64,000 nt of DNA from Vulcanimicrobiota bacterium. GTDB taxonomy: Bacteria > Vulcanimicrobiota > Vulcanimicrobiia > Vulcanimicrobiales > Vulcanimicrobiaceae. A program made the position numbers and the translations under genes. The first letter of the stretch is position 1; every line of letters begins with the position of its first letter. Location of the stretch: contig CAVRQT010000002.1 in the NCBI GenBank assembly GCA_963723515.1, positions 640,001 through 704,000 on the forward strand, written 5' to 3'. This document shows positions 29,776-39,724 of the stretch, piece by piece. The notes under the pieces are model-generated. The model saw only the letters and a program-made list of their open reading frames with translations, did not search any database and was not told the origin of the DNA.

Positions 29776-30429
29776 TTGGCATTATCGAGCGAATCGCACA
29801 CCGAGGCGGCTGCCGAGCCTAAGCGGCGCGCGGGTTCGCTCGCCGGTCCGGTGCTGTCGCTTATCAATGAGTTCAGCAAACTGCCGACCGTCGGTCCAAA
29901 GACTGCAGCGCGATTGGTGTTTTATCTCTTAAATCGCCCGCGTGCAGAAGCGCAAGCGTTGGCGGATGCGATCGTCGCGGTCAAAGATCGCGTGCGAATC
30001 TGCTCCCGATGTTTTTCCATCACCGAAGAAGATCCGTGTCCGTTTTGCACGGATCCGCGCCGCGATTCGCGACTGATTTGCGTCGTCGCGGAAGCCAAAG
30101 ACATCTTTGCGTTAGAGCGGACGTCCGCGTACAGCGGGCGCTACCACGTGTTGGGCGGCTTGATTTCGCCGATGGACGGTATCGGGCCGGCGCAACTGCA
30201 TGTCAAGGAACTGGTGGAGCGGATCGGCTCCGAGACGCCGCAGGAGATCATTCTTGCCACCAATCCGAATGCGGAAGGCGAGGCGACTGCCATTTACCTG
30301 GCGCGTTTGCTGGGACCGCTAGGGGTCAGCGTGACGCGGTTAGCCTATGGGTTGCCGATCGGCGGCGATTTGGATTACGCGGATGAGCTAACGTTGGCGA
30401 AGGCGCTCGAGGGCCGCCGGGCGCTCTAG
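29776..30429 (+). CDS. recR: Recombination mediator RecR
   Basis: LP.VGPKTA.RL, C4 zinc finger, YHVLGG.ISP, EGEATA and GGDLDYAD motifs. Confidence 0.97.
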   Translation: MALSSESHTEAAAEPKRRAGSLAGPVLSLINEFSKLPTVGPKTAARLVFYLLNRPRAEAQALADAIVAVKDRVRICSRCFSITEEDPCPFCTDPRRDSRLICVVAEAKDIFALERTSAYSGRYHVLGGLISPMDGIGPAQLHVKELVERIGSETPQEIILATNPNAEGEATAIYLARLLGPLGVSVTRLAYGLPIGGDLDYADELTLAKALEGRRAL

Positions 30430-30448
30430 CGGCTCGACGCCGGCTTTC

Positions 30449-30463
30449 CTTTGTGATACAAAG
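30449..30463. promoter_or_regulatory. Palindromic operator candidate CTTTGT-GAT-ACAAAG
   Basis: Perfect 6-bp arms ending 5 nt before the start of an operon that contains a winged-helix regulator. Confidence 0.55.
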
Positions 30464-30468
30464 TTATC

Positions 30469-31068
30469 GTGACTGAACTCGAACGTGCGCTCGCGGACAT
30501 CGCGGAGGTGCGGGAGCGACTTGCCGCCGCCCAGCGCTTTCGCGGGTACTCAGCGCTCGCGGCCGCGATGAGCGGACTGTTTGCGCTTGTCGCCGGGGCG
30601 GTTCAAGCGGTTCTCATCGGAACGCCCACGACACCGCGCGAAGGAAGCGTCTATTTTGCGATTTGGTTCGTCTGCTGCACGGCATCTATGGTAGTCAATT
30701 ACGGCGCGATCGCACAGTGGTTCGTGAACGACGCGTCGGCGCGTGAACGCTGGCAGACGCGAACGGTCGGACTTTCAATTTTGCCGGCAATCATTCTCGG
30801 CGCCGCGCTTTCGTTCGCGCTCTTGCGCGTGCAGGAGTTTGCACTCTTGCCCGGAGTGTGGTTCGGATGTTACGGCGTCGGTCTGTTCGCATCGCGTTTA
30901 ACGGTCCCCCGCGGGGTTCTTCCGATCGCCGGCGGTTTCGTTACAATCGGTGCCTTGCTGCTCTTCGTCCCGGCAGCAATCAGCTTGCAATGCTGGATTC
31001 CAGCCGCCGGCTTCGGCATTGCCCAATTGATCATCGCCCTCTTGGTCGCTCGTGATCGCGTTCACTAG
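30469..31068 (+). CDS. Hypothetical multi-pass membrane protein
   Basis: ERALADIAEVR N-terminal helix followed by about 6 TM segments; overlaps the start of the wHTH gene. Confidence 0.8.
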   Translation: MTELERALADIAEVRERLAAAQRFRGYSALAAAMSGLFALVAGAVQAVLIGTPTTPREGSVYFAIWFVCCTASMVVNYGAIAQWFVNDASARERWQTRTVGLSILPAIILGAALSFALLRVQEFALLPGVWFGCYGVGLFASRLTVPRGVLPIAGGFVTIGALLLFVPAAISLQCWIPAAGFGIAQLIIALLVARDRVH

Positions 31069-31403
31069 TCTCGAGAAAGTTTTTCACGAGCGCGGCCGGC
31101 TCGCGATCTGCAGCGCACTCGTTGCAGAAGACGATGGACTTTCTTTTCGTCAACTTCAGTCCGCATGCAGATTAACCGACGGCAATCTCAATCGGCATCT
31201 CCATGCGTTGGCCGAACTCGGCATTATCGAGATGTCGCGTAAGACCGGCAAAGGGCGGCCGCAAACGATCGTCCGCATTACCGGACGCGGCCGCGATCGA
31301 TTCCTGGCGTACATCGATGCGTTGGAGGAAATCGTGCGAACTCGTTCAGGCGGCCGATGCCGAGCGATCGAAAGTGCGCCCGGCACAACTGCTTACGGAG
31401 TAA
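31052..31403 (+). CDS. Winged-helix (HTH_34/MarR-like) transcriptional regulator; probable +1 error near 31340 fuses it to the next ORF
   Basis: FHERGRLAI...LSF..L.....LTDGNLNRHL..L...G and T..GR.RF..Y motifs. The alternative frame ends ...QLLTE* at 31403, just before an SD and ATG. Confidence 0.82.
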
Positions 31404-31408
31404 GGCTG

Positions 31409-31849
31409 ATGTGGCGCTCGCTGGCCTTGATCGTATGTGGGCTGGTCATCTGTTCGTGGTTATTTGCGGAGGCGCAAGTGCGTACCGTGCCTCGCGGTAC
31501 CACGATCGTCCATGACGACTTCACGTACACCGTGGAAAGCGTAAAGAAGTACGAAAATCGGTCCGCCACAATTTATGAGGTCGCGTTGCGCGTCGACAAC
31601 CGTGCGAAGCGCGTGTCGTATGTTTGGAGAGACGGGACCGCCTACATTGTTGATGAGCGCGGGCGCACCTACCGTCCTTTCTCGCATGATTCGATCGAGT
31701 TGGAGGCCGGAACAAGTGCGTTGGCGCATCCGCGCTTTCGTCTGCCGCGCAACGCCGAGAGAGCATCGCTTCGTTTCTGGGACACCGTTTTTATGGGAGA
31801 TGTCTTCGACGGTTTGCGCTACGCGCGCACGGCCGTTGCACTCTACTGA
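31409..31849 (+). CDS. Exported hypothetical protein (Ig-like, DUF4352-like)
   Basis: Signal or TM N-terminus MWRSLALIVCG; V.N.AKR and IVDERG.TY patterns; GGAG upstream. Confidence 0.6.
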   Translation: MWRSLALIVCGLVICSWLFAEAQVRTVPRGTTIVHDDFTYTVESVKKYENRSATIYEVALRVDNRAKRVSYVWRDGTAYIVDERGRTYRPFSHDSIELEAGTSALAHPRFRLPRNAERASLRFWDTVFMGDVFDGLRYARTAVALY

Positions 31850-32475
31850 AGGTCGATCGAGTCGCCGATCGCGAGAGAACCAGGCCGCGTGACATCGCAG
31901 TAGATGCCCAGGCAGGCGGCGCGACGATCGGTGATGGTACGCAAAACATTCGGATCGGATTCCCCGGTGCGCAGATCGTAGGTCGGCGTGACGCAGCGTT
32001 CGATCGGTTCACGCACCCGCAACCGCGTCGAGCCGATCTGCAAGGTTGCGCCGGTCAGCGACGCTTCATCGCGGTGAACGTCACCTTCGGCACGTGCAAA
32101 GAGGTTCGGCCGGAACCGTAACGCCTCGAGGCCGTAGCCGGCGAGGGCCGATGCCTCATCGAGCCATCGATCGAAGATGAGGGAAATCGGAGCGCAGTCA
32201 AAATAATGCGGCTGCTCCGACTTTGCCTCGACCATAACGCCTTTAGCTGCGGCGAACGATCGCGCGCGCTCAATTTCGGCGGTCGTATGCAGCAGATTGT
32301 GCTCCTTGCCGCGGTACGCCTTGCCGGCCCGCGCATGCCCGTCGCGAACGATCAGCGCTTGCGCTCGATCGCGCGGGATGCCGTCGTCGTCGATTTGGAC
32401 TTCATATAACGAAACGGCAGCCAGGCTCTTGACCGGATAACGCCAGATCGACTGCAGGGTTCCGATACGCGGCAT
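31843..32475 (-). CDS. MOSC-domain protein
   Basis: IWRYPVKS, RFRPN, RC..P and CLGIY...PG.L.IGD motifs. Confidence 0.92.
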   Translation of the reverse strand: MPRIGTLQSIWRYPVKSLAAVSLYEVQIDDDGIPRDRAQALIVRDGHARAGKAYRGKEHNLLHTTAEIERARSFAAAKGVMVEAKSEQPHYFDCAPISLIFDRWLDEASALAGYGLEALRFRPNLFARAEGDVHRDEASLTGATLQIGSTRLRVREPIERCVTPTYDLRTGESDPNVLRTITDRRAACLGIYCDVTRPGSLAIGDSIDLQ

Positions 32476-32502
32476 GAACTTCAAAGGTTAGTCAAGGAGG
32501 TC

Positions 32503-33471
32503 GTGCGACCCTCAAGAAACGGCCGCACATTGATCGCCGCACCTGAATCGCCGGCTGTGCTGCGTCCGCTCTCGATCGGCGAGTTGTTAGATCGCGCCGT
32601 AACGTTATTCGTGCGGAACTTCTGGCTGTTTTGCGGATTGACGGCGGTGCTCTACGTTCCGTTAACGCTTGCGCAGTCGCTGATGGGAGACTTTTGGCTA
32701 CAGTATGCGAGCATACTCGGAAAGGTCTTTAGCTCTCCGGGAAAACCGCCTGACGTTGCAGGCGATGTGGGCATCCTGCAGCGCGTTGATGCCGTCGCCT
32801 TGCTGGAGTTCCTCGTTTGGATCATCGCCGCGCCGTTGGCGGCCGCAGCGCTGACGCACGCGGCGGCTGAACTGGCGGAAGGCAGAACGCCGTCGTTTCG
32901 CGATTCCGTTCGTTTTGCGTTGCGACGGTGGCTGGGCGTATGGCTCTTTTTCATCATGGCGTCCTTCTTGCTCGGGGCGCTGTTTTTCGCCGGCTACATC
33001 GGCTTGACGCTGCTGACCTTGCTTACGGTTCTGGTTCTGCACACCATCGTCGTGAGCGTTGTGCTCGGCATTCTCGTGCTGACCATTTGGCTCGGCATCT
33101 TGATGGTCGGCTTTATCGCAACGAGCATCGGATTTGTTACGTTCATCGTTGAAGCGGGCAATGCGCCGCACGCATTTGCAGCGGGTCTCGAGCGAGTGCT
33201 CAATCGTGGATCGCTGTGGCGCTCACTGCTCGTGGGCTTGATTGACGCGGCCGTTGGGGTGGGTTTTTCCATCGTCGCCTACGCGGCCGGTTTCGGGTTG
33301 CTCTATCTGCTCCACACCGGCATTCCGATGATTTTGATTGCTGCGATCGCCTCCCTCATGCAATTCGGCTTCAGCATACTGATTGTCGTCCTGTATTATT
33401 TCGATTTGCGGGCTCGCCGTGAGGGCAGGGACCTTGCACTGATGGCGACACAAGTCGCTGCTTCACGCTGA
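32503..33471 (+). CDS. Multi-pass membrane protein (LRPL..GE.LD...YFDLR.R.EG family) of the MoxR module
   Basis: Conserved N- and C-terminal motifs; about 7 TM segments; GGAGG SD. Confidence 0.8.
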   Translation: MRPSRNGRTLIAAPESPAVLRPLSIGELLDRAVTLFVRNFWLFCGLTAVLYVPLTLAQSLMGDFWLQYASILGKVFSSPGKPPDVAGDVGILQRVDAVALLEFLVWIIAAPLAAAALTHAAAELAEGRTPSFRDSVRFALRRWLGVWLFFIMASFLLGALFFAGYIGLTLLTLLTVLVLHTIVVSVVLGILVLTIWLGILMVGFIATSIGFVTFIVEAGNAPHAFAAGLERVLNRGSLWRSLLVGLIDAAVGVGFSIVAYAAGFGLLYLLHTGIPMILIAAIASLMQFGFSILIVVLYYFDLRARREGRDLALMATQVAASR

Positions 33472-34331
33472 CCGTTTCGAAGCTGAACCGCGGTTTCGCC
33501 GGCGCGGCCTTCGTCGCCGCGATCGCGTGGGGCGCCGTCGCCGCGCAAGCAAGAAGTGAGCTTTCCGTGCAGCACTGGATCGCCGCGAACCAACGTGCAA
33601 TCGCGCAAATGAAAAATCCCCGCAACCGTCTGATGGCGCAACAACGGTTCGCGCAAACCCGCGCCAATCTCACCCGTGAAGAGGGGCGCCGTCTAACCAA
33701 TTCGCCGGCCCAAGATCCACGGCAACTCGCGCGCCGTATTTTGAGCAACGCTCGTCTCTACAGATTCACACAGCCGGCGCGGCCATATCCGCGCCCATGG
33801 TGGCAACGCGCCATCGAATGGTTGGGCGAACGGTGGTCACGGGTTATGCGCGCGCTCTTCGGACGCGCGAGGCTACCGGCACGGCTTAATCGCGGAATAG
33901 CAGATGTGCTCCTGGTCTTGAGCATTCTTATCTTCGTTGCGTTGCTCGGGCGCATCATTTGGCTTTACGGCAGACGCTCCCATTTGAAGCAAGTCGCCGT
34001 TCCGCTAAAGGTTCCTGATAATCCGTCCAGCTTGCTCGATGCGAGCATCCGCACCGCAGAACGAGGCAACTACGCGCTCGCCGTTGCGCAGCTGTTTTCG
34101 GCTGCCGTCGCCTTGCTCACAGTGAAAAAGCGATTCGATGGCCGAGCGAGCGAGACGGCGCGGGAGATGAGCCGGCGCATCGGCTCAGCAGATGCGCGAT
34201 TGGGCGTACCGTTCGACGAGTTGACCGACGATTTGACGCGCGCAGTGTACGCTGAACGGCCGCTCCAGCAGGACGATTGGAAGCGCTCGCTTGGCGCATA
34301 TCGCCGCTTAGAAGGACTCGTCCAAACATGA
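33468..34331 (+). CDS. DUF4129-like protein
   Basis: PWW..W segment, TM helix, A..GNY..AV, SET..E and VY motifs. The frame is open back to CTG 33468 and encodes a signal peptide; the first canonical start is 33567. Confidence 0.72.
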   Translation: MTVSKLNRGFAGAAFVAAIAWGAVAAQARSELSVQHWIAANQRAIAQMKNPRNRLMAQQRFAQTRANLTREEGRRLTNSPAQDPRQLARRILSNARLYRFTQPARPYPRPWWQRAIEWLGERWSRVMRALFGRARLPARLNRGIADVLLVLSILIFVALLGRIIWLYGRRSHLKQVAVPLKVPDNPSSLLDASIRTAERGNYALAVAQLFSAAVALLTVKKRFDGRASETAREMSRRIGSADARLGVPFDELTDDLTRAVYAERPLQQDDWKRSLGAYRRLEGLVQT

Positions 34332-35467
34332 AACGTCTGCGTTTGCGCTGGGACGTTGTGGCGGGCGCCGGGGCGCTGCTCCTCTTTCTCGCACTTGCTC
34401 TGATGCGCGCGCAAGAAGGCGGATCGGCGCGCACTTCAACGCCCTCCACGTTCGACTATGGACCGTCAGGGTATTCCGCGCTCTATCAAATGCTGCGCGC
34501 CGAAGGCGTGGCGGTTGCTCGATTTGAGCGCTCGCACTTGCAGTTGCAAGGCGTTTCGTCCGCCCTCTTGATCGCGCAGGTGCCTTATGGTTCTTTGGCC
34601 GGCGGCGGCTTGGCACGCAACGACGTCATTGCCTTGAAAGATTGGGTGCTGCGCGGCGGACGACTGATCGTTCTTTCGCCGCCGTATGGTGATGAGGGCG
34701 ACACATTGCTCGGAATCCCGGCGAGTCGCAGCGTGGCTGCGCTCCAGCGAGCGGTGCCTTTTGCGAGGCTGCCGGTGAGTGCCGGCGTTCATGCGGTGAA
34801 GGGCAGCTTTGCGGCTGACTTTCGTCTTGATGCGGCGCCCAAAGCGCTGCCGCTGCTCGTGACGGGGCAGGGCATGGTGGCGATCGAGTACCGGTTCGGC
34901 CGCGGCAGCGTTGTTGCGATCACCGATCCGTCAATCTTCGGCAACCAGCGTTTAAGTGAAGATGACAACGCGCGCTTCGCCTTTAATTTGCTTGCGCCGA
35001 GCGGCGTGGAATTCGACGAAGCAATTCACGGCTATACGAGCGGCAATTCGTTGTGGGCGGCCTTGCCTGCGCCTGCGCGCGATGCGGTGTATATAGCGGC
35101 TCTCATTCTGTTGCTTTCGCTGATTGGCAATATCGTGCGCTTCGCGCCGCCGTTGCAAGCGCCGCAAGCGGATGCGCCTGATTCTTCAGCGTACTTAACG
35201 GCGATGGCCCGCCTGCTCGAACATGCCGGAGCCGCTCAACGAGTGCTGCACGATCGGGCGCAGTTCACGTTGCGAGCGATTCGCCGCGCGGTCGGTCTCT
35301 CGGAGCGAACGGAGATGAGCGCGCTGCTCGAACAGATCGAGCGCGCTCCGATTCGTTCCCAGCTCATCGAACTGGATCATCTCCAACGAGTCGACAATCC
35401 ATCGCGCGCCCAGTTGCTGCGTGCGGGCGTACTTTGCGCGAAACTGGACAAGGAGTTCGGCGTATGA
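34328..35467 (+). CDS. DUF4350-like membrane-anchored protein
   Basis: PSTF..GPSG..AL, WV..GG.L, G.G.V...DP..F.N..L...DNA, FDE..HG and RFAPP motifs. Confidence 0.8.
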   Translation: MKRLRLRWDVVAGAGALLLFLALALMRAQEGGSARTSTPSTFDYGPSGYSALYQMLRAEGVAVARFERSHLQLQGVSSALLIAQVPYGSLAGGGLARNDVIALKDWVLRGGRLIVLSPPYGDEGDTLLGIPASRSVAALQRAVPFARLPVSAGVHAVKGSFAADFRLDAAPKALPLLVTGQGMVAIEYRFGRGSVVAITDPSIFGNQRLSEDDNARFAFNLLAPSGVEFDEAIHGYTSGNSLWAALPAPARDAVYIAALILLLSLIGNIVRFAPPLQAPQADAPDSSAYLTAMARLLEHAGAAQRVLHDRAQFTLRAIRRAVGLSERTEMSALLEQIERAPIRSQLIELDHLQRVDNPSRAQLLRAGVLCAKLDKEFGV

Positions 35468-36447
35468 GCGAATCGGTGCGCGCGTTGGCCGAACGTCTGA
35501 CGATCGCCATCGGCACCGTCCTCGTCGGTTCAGACCGCAGCGCTTTCGCGCTGCAAATCGCGCTCTTTGGCCGAGGGCATGTTCTGATCGAGGGTGTCCC
35601 GGGCACGGGCAAGACGCTCTTAGTGCGGGCGTTTTCGTTGCTGCTCGGTCTGGAATTTCGGCGGATACAATTTACGCCGGATCTCATGCCGGCTGACGTC
35701 GTCGGGACGACGATCTTCAATCCAAAGACCGCAGAGTTCGTCATGCGTCCTGGACCGATCATTGCCAATATCGTTCTCGCTGACGAGATCAACCGCACGC
35801 CGCCAAAGACGCAATCCGCATTGCTTGAAGCGATGGAGGAAGGCCGAGTCACGATTGACGGTGTTCCACTCGCGCTCCCGATGCCGTTCATGTTGTGCGC
35901 AACGCAAAATCCCATCGAATACGAGGGAACCTATCCGCTGCCCGAGGCGCAGCTCGATCGTTTCATGCTGAAGATTCCGGCCGGTTACCCCGGCACAGCG
36001 CAAGAGCTGAATCTGCTGGAACGTGGCGTGGCCGGATTTGATGCGCGCGATCTCGAGCGCTCGGGTCTCGCGCCGGTGACGAGCGCTGTGGAAATTCTTG
36101 ATGCGCAGCGTGCCGTACGCGCAGTCCATGTCGCGGAATCGCTGCAACGCTACGTTTTCGATATCATTACGGCGACCCGGACATCGCAGCATGTCGCCCT
36201 CGGCGCAAGCCCCCGTGCCGCGCTGACCTTGTTGGTAGCCGCGCAGGGCGCGGCGGCTATCGCCGGGCGAGATTTCGTGACGCCGGACGACGTCAAGGAC
36301 GTCGCGCAAATTGTACTGGCACACCGCTTAATCGTGCATCCGCATGCGGAGATCGAAGGGCTGACCGCGACGGAGGTCGTCGACGGGATCTTAAAGAGCG
36401 TCACGGTTCCAAAGGACGCGAAGGAAGCCGCACCCGCGGCCTCTTAG
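35464..36447 (+). CDS. moxR: MoxR-family AAA+ ATPase
   Basis: GVPGTGKT, RIQFTPDLMP, DEINR.PPKTQSALLEAM, TYPLPEAQLDRF and GASPR motifs. Confidence 0.95.
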   Translation: MSESVRALAERLTIAIGTVLVGSDRSAFALQIALFGRGHVLIEGVPGTGKTLLVRAFSLLLGLEFRRIQFTPDLMPADVVGTTIFNPKTAEFVMRPGPIIANIVLADEINRTPPKTQSALLEAMEEGRVTIDGVPLALPMPFMLCATQNPIEYEGTYPLPEAQLDRFMLKIPAGYPGTAQELNLLERGVAGFDARDLERSGLAPVTSAVEILDAQRAVRAVHVAESLQRYVFDIITATRTSQHVALGASPRAALTLLVAAQGAAAIAGRDFVTPDDVKDVAQIVLAHRLIVHPHAEIEGLTATEVVDGILKSVTVPKDAKEAAPAAS

Positions 36448-36451
36448 AACG

Positions 36452-37783
36452 ATGCGCACACCGTGGCTGCGCGCGTGGTTCGGTCCGCGGTGTTTTTGGG
36501 CGCTGGCAGCCTGCGCCACGGTCATAGCGCTCGGGAGCATCAGCGCCGCCGCGTTGTGGTTGGGCGCGCTCGCGTTGCTGGCGCTCTTGATCTTGCTTTG
36601 CATCGACGCCGGCATTGGTCCACGCCGCGCTGCGATCGTCGTAGAACGCCTCGATGCGCAGCACTTTTCGATGCGCGTGGCGACGGCTTTACGGTACGTC
36701 GTCCGCAACGAATCGAACGCGCTGTGCCGGATCGGTTTGTTGGAGACGCCGGTTGCGAACCTCGAGATCCTCGAGGATGAGGTCACCGGCGAAGTGCCGC
36801 CGCGTTCGAGCGTTGAGCTTGAGCGCGCCGTCTTACCGTGCCGGCGCGGACCCGCGCAACTTGGGGCAGTCTATCTCTGGTACGAGAACCGCATTGGGCT
36901 GTTCCGCCGGCGTCTGCGCGTCGATCTGAGCTGCGGAATCCGCATCTATCCGGATCTCTCCCTGGTAGAGCGATATGGAAAACTGCACGCCCGCAATCGG
37001 CTGATCGAGGCGGGACTGCGCAAGATGCGCCTGCGAGGCGTCGGCACAGAGCTCGAGAGCCTGCGCGAGTGGACAGACGGCGATCAATTTCGAGCGATCA
37101 ATTGGAAAGCGAGTTCCCGTCGCGGAAAATTGATCGTAACGCACTACGACGTGGAACGCTCGCAAAACGTTATGCTGCTTCTGGACTGCGGCCGCTTAAT
37201 GACGGCACGCATCGAGAGCCAGCGCAAGCTCGACTACGCAATCACGGCTGCGCTTTCAGTCGCGACAATCGCGAATCTGGCCAACGATAAGATCGGTTTC
37301 GTCGCCTTCGCAAATCAGATTATCGCCGCCAGTGCGCCGCGCTCGGGAAGGCGCGGCCTTGTTGCGGCATCGCAGAAACTCTATGACCTCGAACCGCGCT
37401 TTGAGGAATCGGACTACGCACGGGCCTTTCTCTACTTGCGCAGCCACGTGCAAAAACGCAGCTTGATTATCCTCTTCACCGATATGTTCGATCCGGTTTC
37501 CGCGGCCGCGATTTTGCTTGACATCACGATGCTTGCGCGGCGGCACTTTGTCGTTTGCGTCTTGATGAGCGATGCGGCGATCGAGAAAGCACTCCGCGCC
37601 GCGCCGCGGGAACCAAGTGACGTCTATCGGGGTGCCGTTGCGGCGACTCTGGCCGAAGAACGCCGTTCCGCCTCTGCCGTCCTAACGCGTGCGGGCGTGC
37701 GCGTGATCGATGTTCCGGCTTCGAATCTGACCGTCGCGCTGATCGACGCGTACCTCGACGTCAAAGGGCGGGGTCTGTTGTAG
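36452..37783 (+). CDS. DUF58 (vWA-like) protein
   Basis: E.E.LREW..GD..R.INWKAS.R and LLDCGRLM motifs. Confidence 0.9.
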   Translation: MRTPWLRAWFGPRCFWALAACATVIALGSISAAALWLGALALLALLILLCIDAGIGPRRAAIVVERLDAQHFSMRVATALRYVVRNESNALCRIGLLETPVANLEILEDEVTGEVPPRSSVELERAVLPCRRGPAQLGAVYLWYENRIGLFRRRLRVDLSCGIRIYPDLSLVERYGKLHARNRLIEAGLRKMRLRGVGTELESLREWTDGDQFRAINWKASSRRGKLIVTHYDVERSQNVMLLLDCGRLMTARIESQRKLDYAITAALSVATIANLANDKIGFVAFANQIIAASAPRSGRRGLVAASQKLYDLEPRFEESDYARAFLYLRSHVQKRSLIILFTDMFDPVSAAAILLDITMLARRHFVVCVLMSDAAIEKALRAAPREPSDVYRGAVAATLAEERRSASAVLTRAGVRVIDVPASNLTVALIDAYLDVKGRGLL

Positions 37784-38747
37784 CTTGCGGCTTTCTGCCG
37801 GCGAATCCGAAATACAGCAAAACGCAAATGGCCGTAATCGCGCCCACTGCGATTCGTACGCTCGGCGAGAAGCGTAGCGGTGAAAAGAACGCCTCAATCG
37901 CTCCCGCGACGCACAGCATCGCGCAAACACCCGTGATCAAGATGCCGGCGCGCCTGCCGTTCAGACGCAAAGCATCTGCTCGGCGCATCCGGCCGGGAAA
38001 TAAGATTGCCGCCGCCAGCAGCAAACCCGCACCGCCGGAGACTTGAATCGCGGTCAATTCGATGACGCCGTGCGGAGCGATCGTCGCCCAGAAATCGTAC
38101 CCGAACCCTGCGCCCGTAAAGAGTGCGCCAACACCGCCCAGCATCAATCCGTTCATGAGAAGAATCCACAGCGTGCAGATCCCGAGCGTCATTCCGCCGG
38201 CAAAGGCGATCACGGCGACACGAATGTTGTTCACAATGATCATTGCGGAAATCGTCGCTGCTTCGTCCGGTTTGAAATTGAAGTTCGAATCGTGCAGACT
38301 CTTCTGAATGTGCGGCGGCACGGTACCCGAGGGAAGCATTGCGAGCGCGCGCTCGGGATTGGCGGAGATGGCGGCAAACGCGATGATCGCCGTCAACGCC
38401 GTGATGACGACGCACAAGCCGATGAAAAGAAATGAGCGGCGAAATTCGTTCGGGAACGCCGCGCAGAAGAATTCACTGACGCGCTCGCGTCCGCTGGCAA
38501 CACTTCCGCGATAGACTTGGGCATGTGCCCGCGCGGTGAGACGATTCAGATAGGCGATCAGACGCAGATCGAAGCGATGGCCCTGCGCAAAGGCGAGGTC
38601 CGATGTGACCCAGCGATAGAGTCGCCCAAGTTCGGTTACTTCATCGGCGGAGAGCCGGCGCAGCCCGTGCGACCCGGCACGCTGGACCAATAGTTCGAGA
38701 CGTTCCCACGCCCCGTGGCGTCGCTCGAGAAATCGCGATTCGGTCAA
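37761..38747 (-). CDS. SpoIIM-family (DUF95) membrane protein
   Basis: NNIRV, NG..LG, PHG.IEL and AG.IE motifs. Confidence 0.9.
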   Translation of the reverse strand: MTESRFLERRHGAWERLELLVQRAGSHGLRRLSADEVTELGRLYRWVTSDLAFAQGHRFDLRLIAYLNRLTARAHAQVYRGSVASGRERVSEFFCAAFPNEFRRSFLFIGLCVVITALTAIIAFAAISANPERALAMLPSGTVPPHIQKSLHDSNFNFKPDEAATISAMIIVNNIRVAVIAFAGGMTLGICTLWILLMNGLMLGGVGALFTGAGFGYDFWATIAPHGVIELTAIQVSGGAGLLLAAAILFPGRMRRADALRLNGRRAGILITGVCAMLCVAGAIEAFFSPLRFSPSVRIAVGAITAICVLLYFGFAGRKPQATTDPAL

Positions 38748-38753
38748 ACGCTC

Positions 38754-38939
38754 TTATTCGAGCGGTTCGCCGTCGAAGCCACCGCCTTCGGCACCCATCG
38801 GACCAGTAAAAGACGTCGAACCTGCCGTTTTCTGGGGTCGTGACGGCGACATCCGTTCCTCAAAGCCGCGCGTCATTTTCGGCGCAATTAGCGCGCCGAG
38901 CAAGAAGCCGATTGCAATGCCGCCGATGAGCGCGATCAT
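38754..38939 (-). CDS. Small single-TM protein (YtxH-like N-terminus)
   Basis: GGIAIGFLLGALIAPK; fills the gap directly upstream of the SpoIIM-like gene. Confidence 0.5.
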   Translation of the reverse strand: MIALIGGIAIGFLLGALIAPKMTRGFEERMSPSRPQKTAGSTSFTGPMGAEGGGFDGEPLE

Positions 38940-38995
38940 CGTTTGCCGGATCCTGTCGGCGGTGCTTCGGTCATCGTACCGAACGTTATTTCGCC

Positions 38996-39724
38996 ATGGA
39001 CCGGACGATTGCTGTTCGCACGCCCGAGAGCATTGCGTTCGACTACGAACTTGCCGGCTTAGGGAGCCGGTTTTTGGCCGTCACGGTGGACATGCTGATC
39101 CAACTCATCTGTGCGATCGCGCTGCTCTGGGCAATGACGGCGTTCGCACTGCGATTCGGCGGTGAATCGCTGCGGGCATCCTCGGGGCGCACCGTCGAAT
39201 CGCTCGCGATCGCCACGCTGGTCTTGCTCGGTTTCCTCTTGTTCTTCGGGTATTTCATCATCTTTGAAATCGCTTGGAACGGCCAAACCCCGGGCAAACG
39301 TTTGATCGGAATCCGCGTCGTACGTGACGGCGGATTCCCAGTCGACTTCATCAGCTCGGTCGTTCGAAATTTGGTGCGCGTGCTGGAAGTGGGACTCGGA
39401 TTTTATGCCATTAGCGCGCTCAGCGCGCTGCTCTCCGCACAAAATAAGCGCCTCGGCGATTTTGCGGCGGGCACGATCGTCGTGCGCGACGCGCGCATTC
39501 AAGTCCCCTCTCTGCCGTTGCGCGCCTCGTCCGAAATTCGACTATCTGAAGACGAACGGTCGCTCATCAATCGCTTCATCGATCGCCGATCGGCGCTTGC
39601 GCCGATGCAGCGCCGCGCTTTGGCCGCACAGATCGCCGGCGTCTTTCGAAATCGTGTCGGGGAGCAGATTGCGGCGCTCGACGATGAAGCGCTGATCGAA
39701 AATCTCGGCGGCCTAAACCCTTAG
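38996..39724 (+). CDS. RDD-family protein
   Basis: TPE...Y.LAG.GSR..A..D, GQTPGKR and KRLGD..AGT motifs. Confidence 0.92.
   Translation: MDRTIAVRTPESIAFDYELAGLGSRFLAVTVDMLIQLICAIALLWAMTAFALRFGGESLRASSGRTVESLAIATLVLLGFLLFFGYFIIFEIAWNGQTPGKRLIGIRVVRDGGFPVDFISSVVRNLVRVLEVGLGFYAISALSALLSAQNKRLGDFAAGTIVVRDARIQVPSLPLRASSEIRLSEDERSLINRFIDRRSALAPMQRRALAAQIAGVFRNRVGEQIAALDDEALIENLGGLNP

Noticed and set aside
31052..31849. Apparent regulator-membrane-Ig fusion protein (265 aa)
   Set aside because: Better explained by a +1 error near 31340; a stop at 31403, an SD and ATG 31409 define two genes.
33465..33485. GCTGACCGTTTCGAAGC as another repeat copy
   Set aside because: It lacks the invariant TGAG and G-C pair, and is explained by the stop/start overlap.
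37761..38747. Sporulation inferred from the SpoIIM-like gene
   Set aside because: The family is widespread in non-sporulating bacteria, and here it belongs to the MoxR module.
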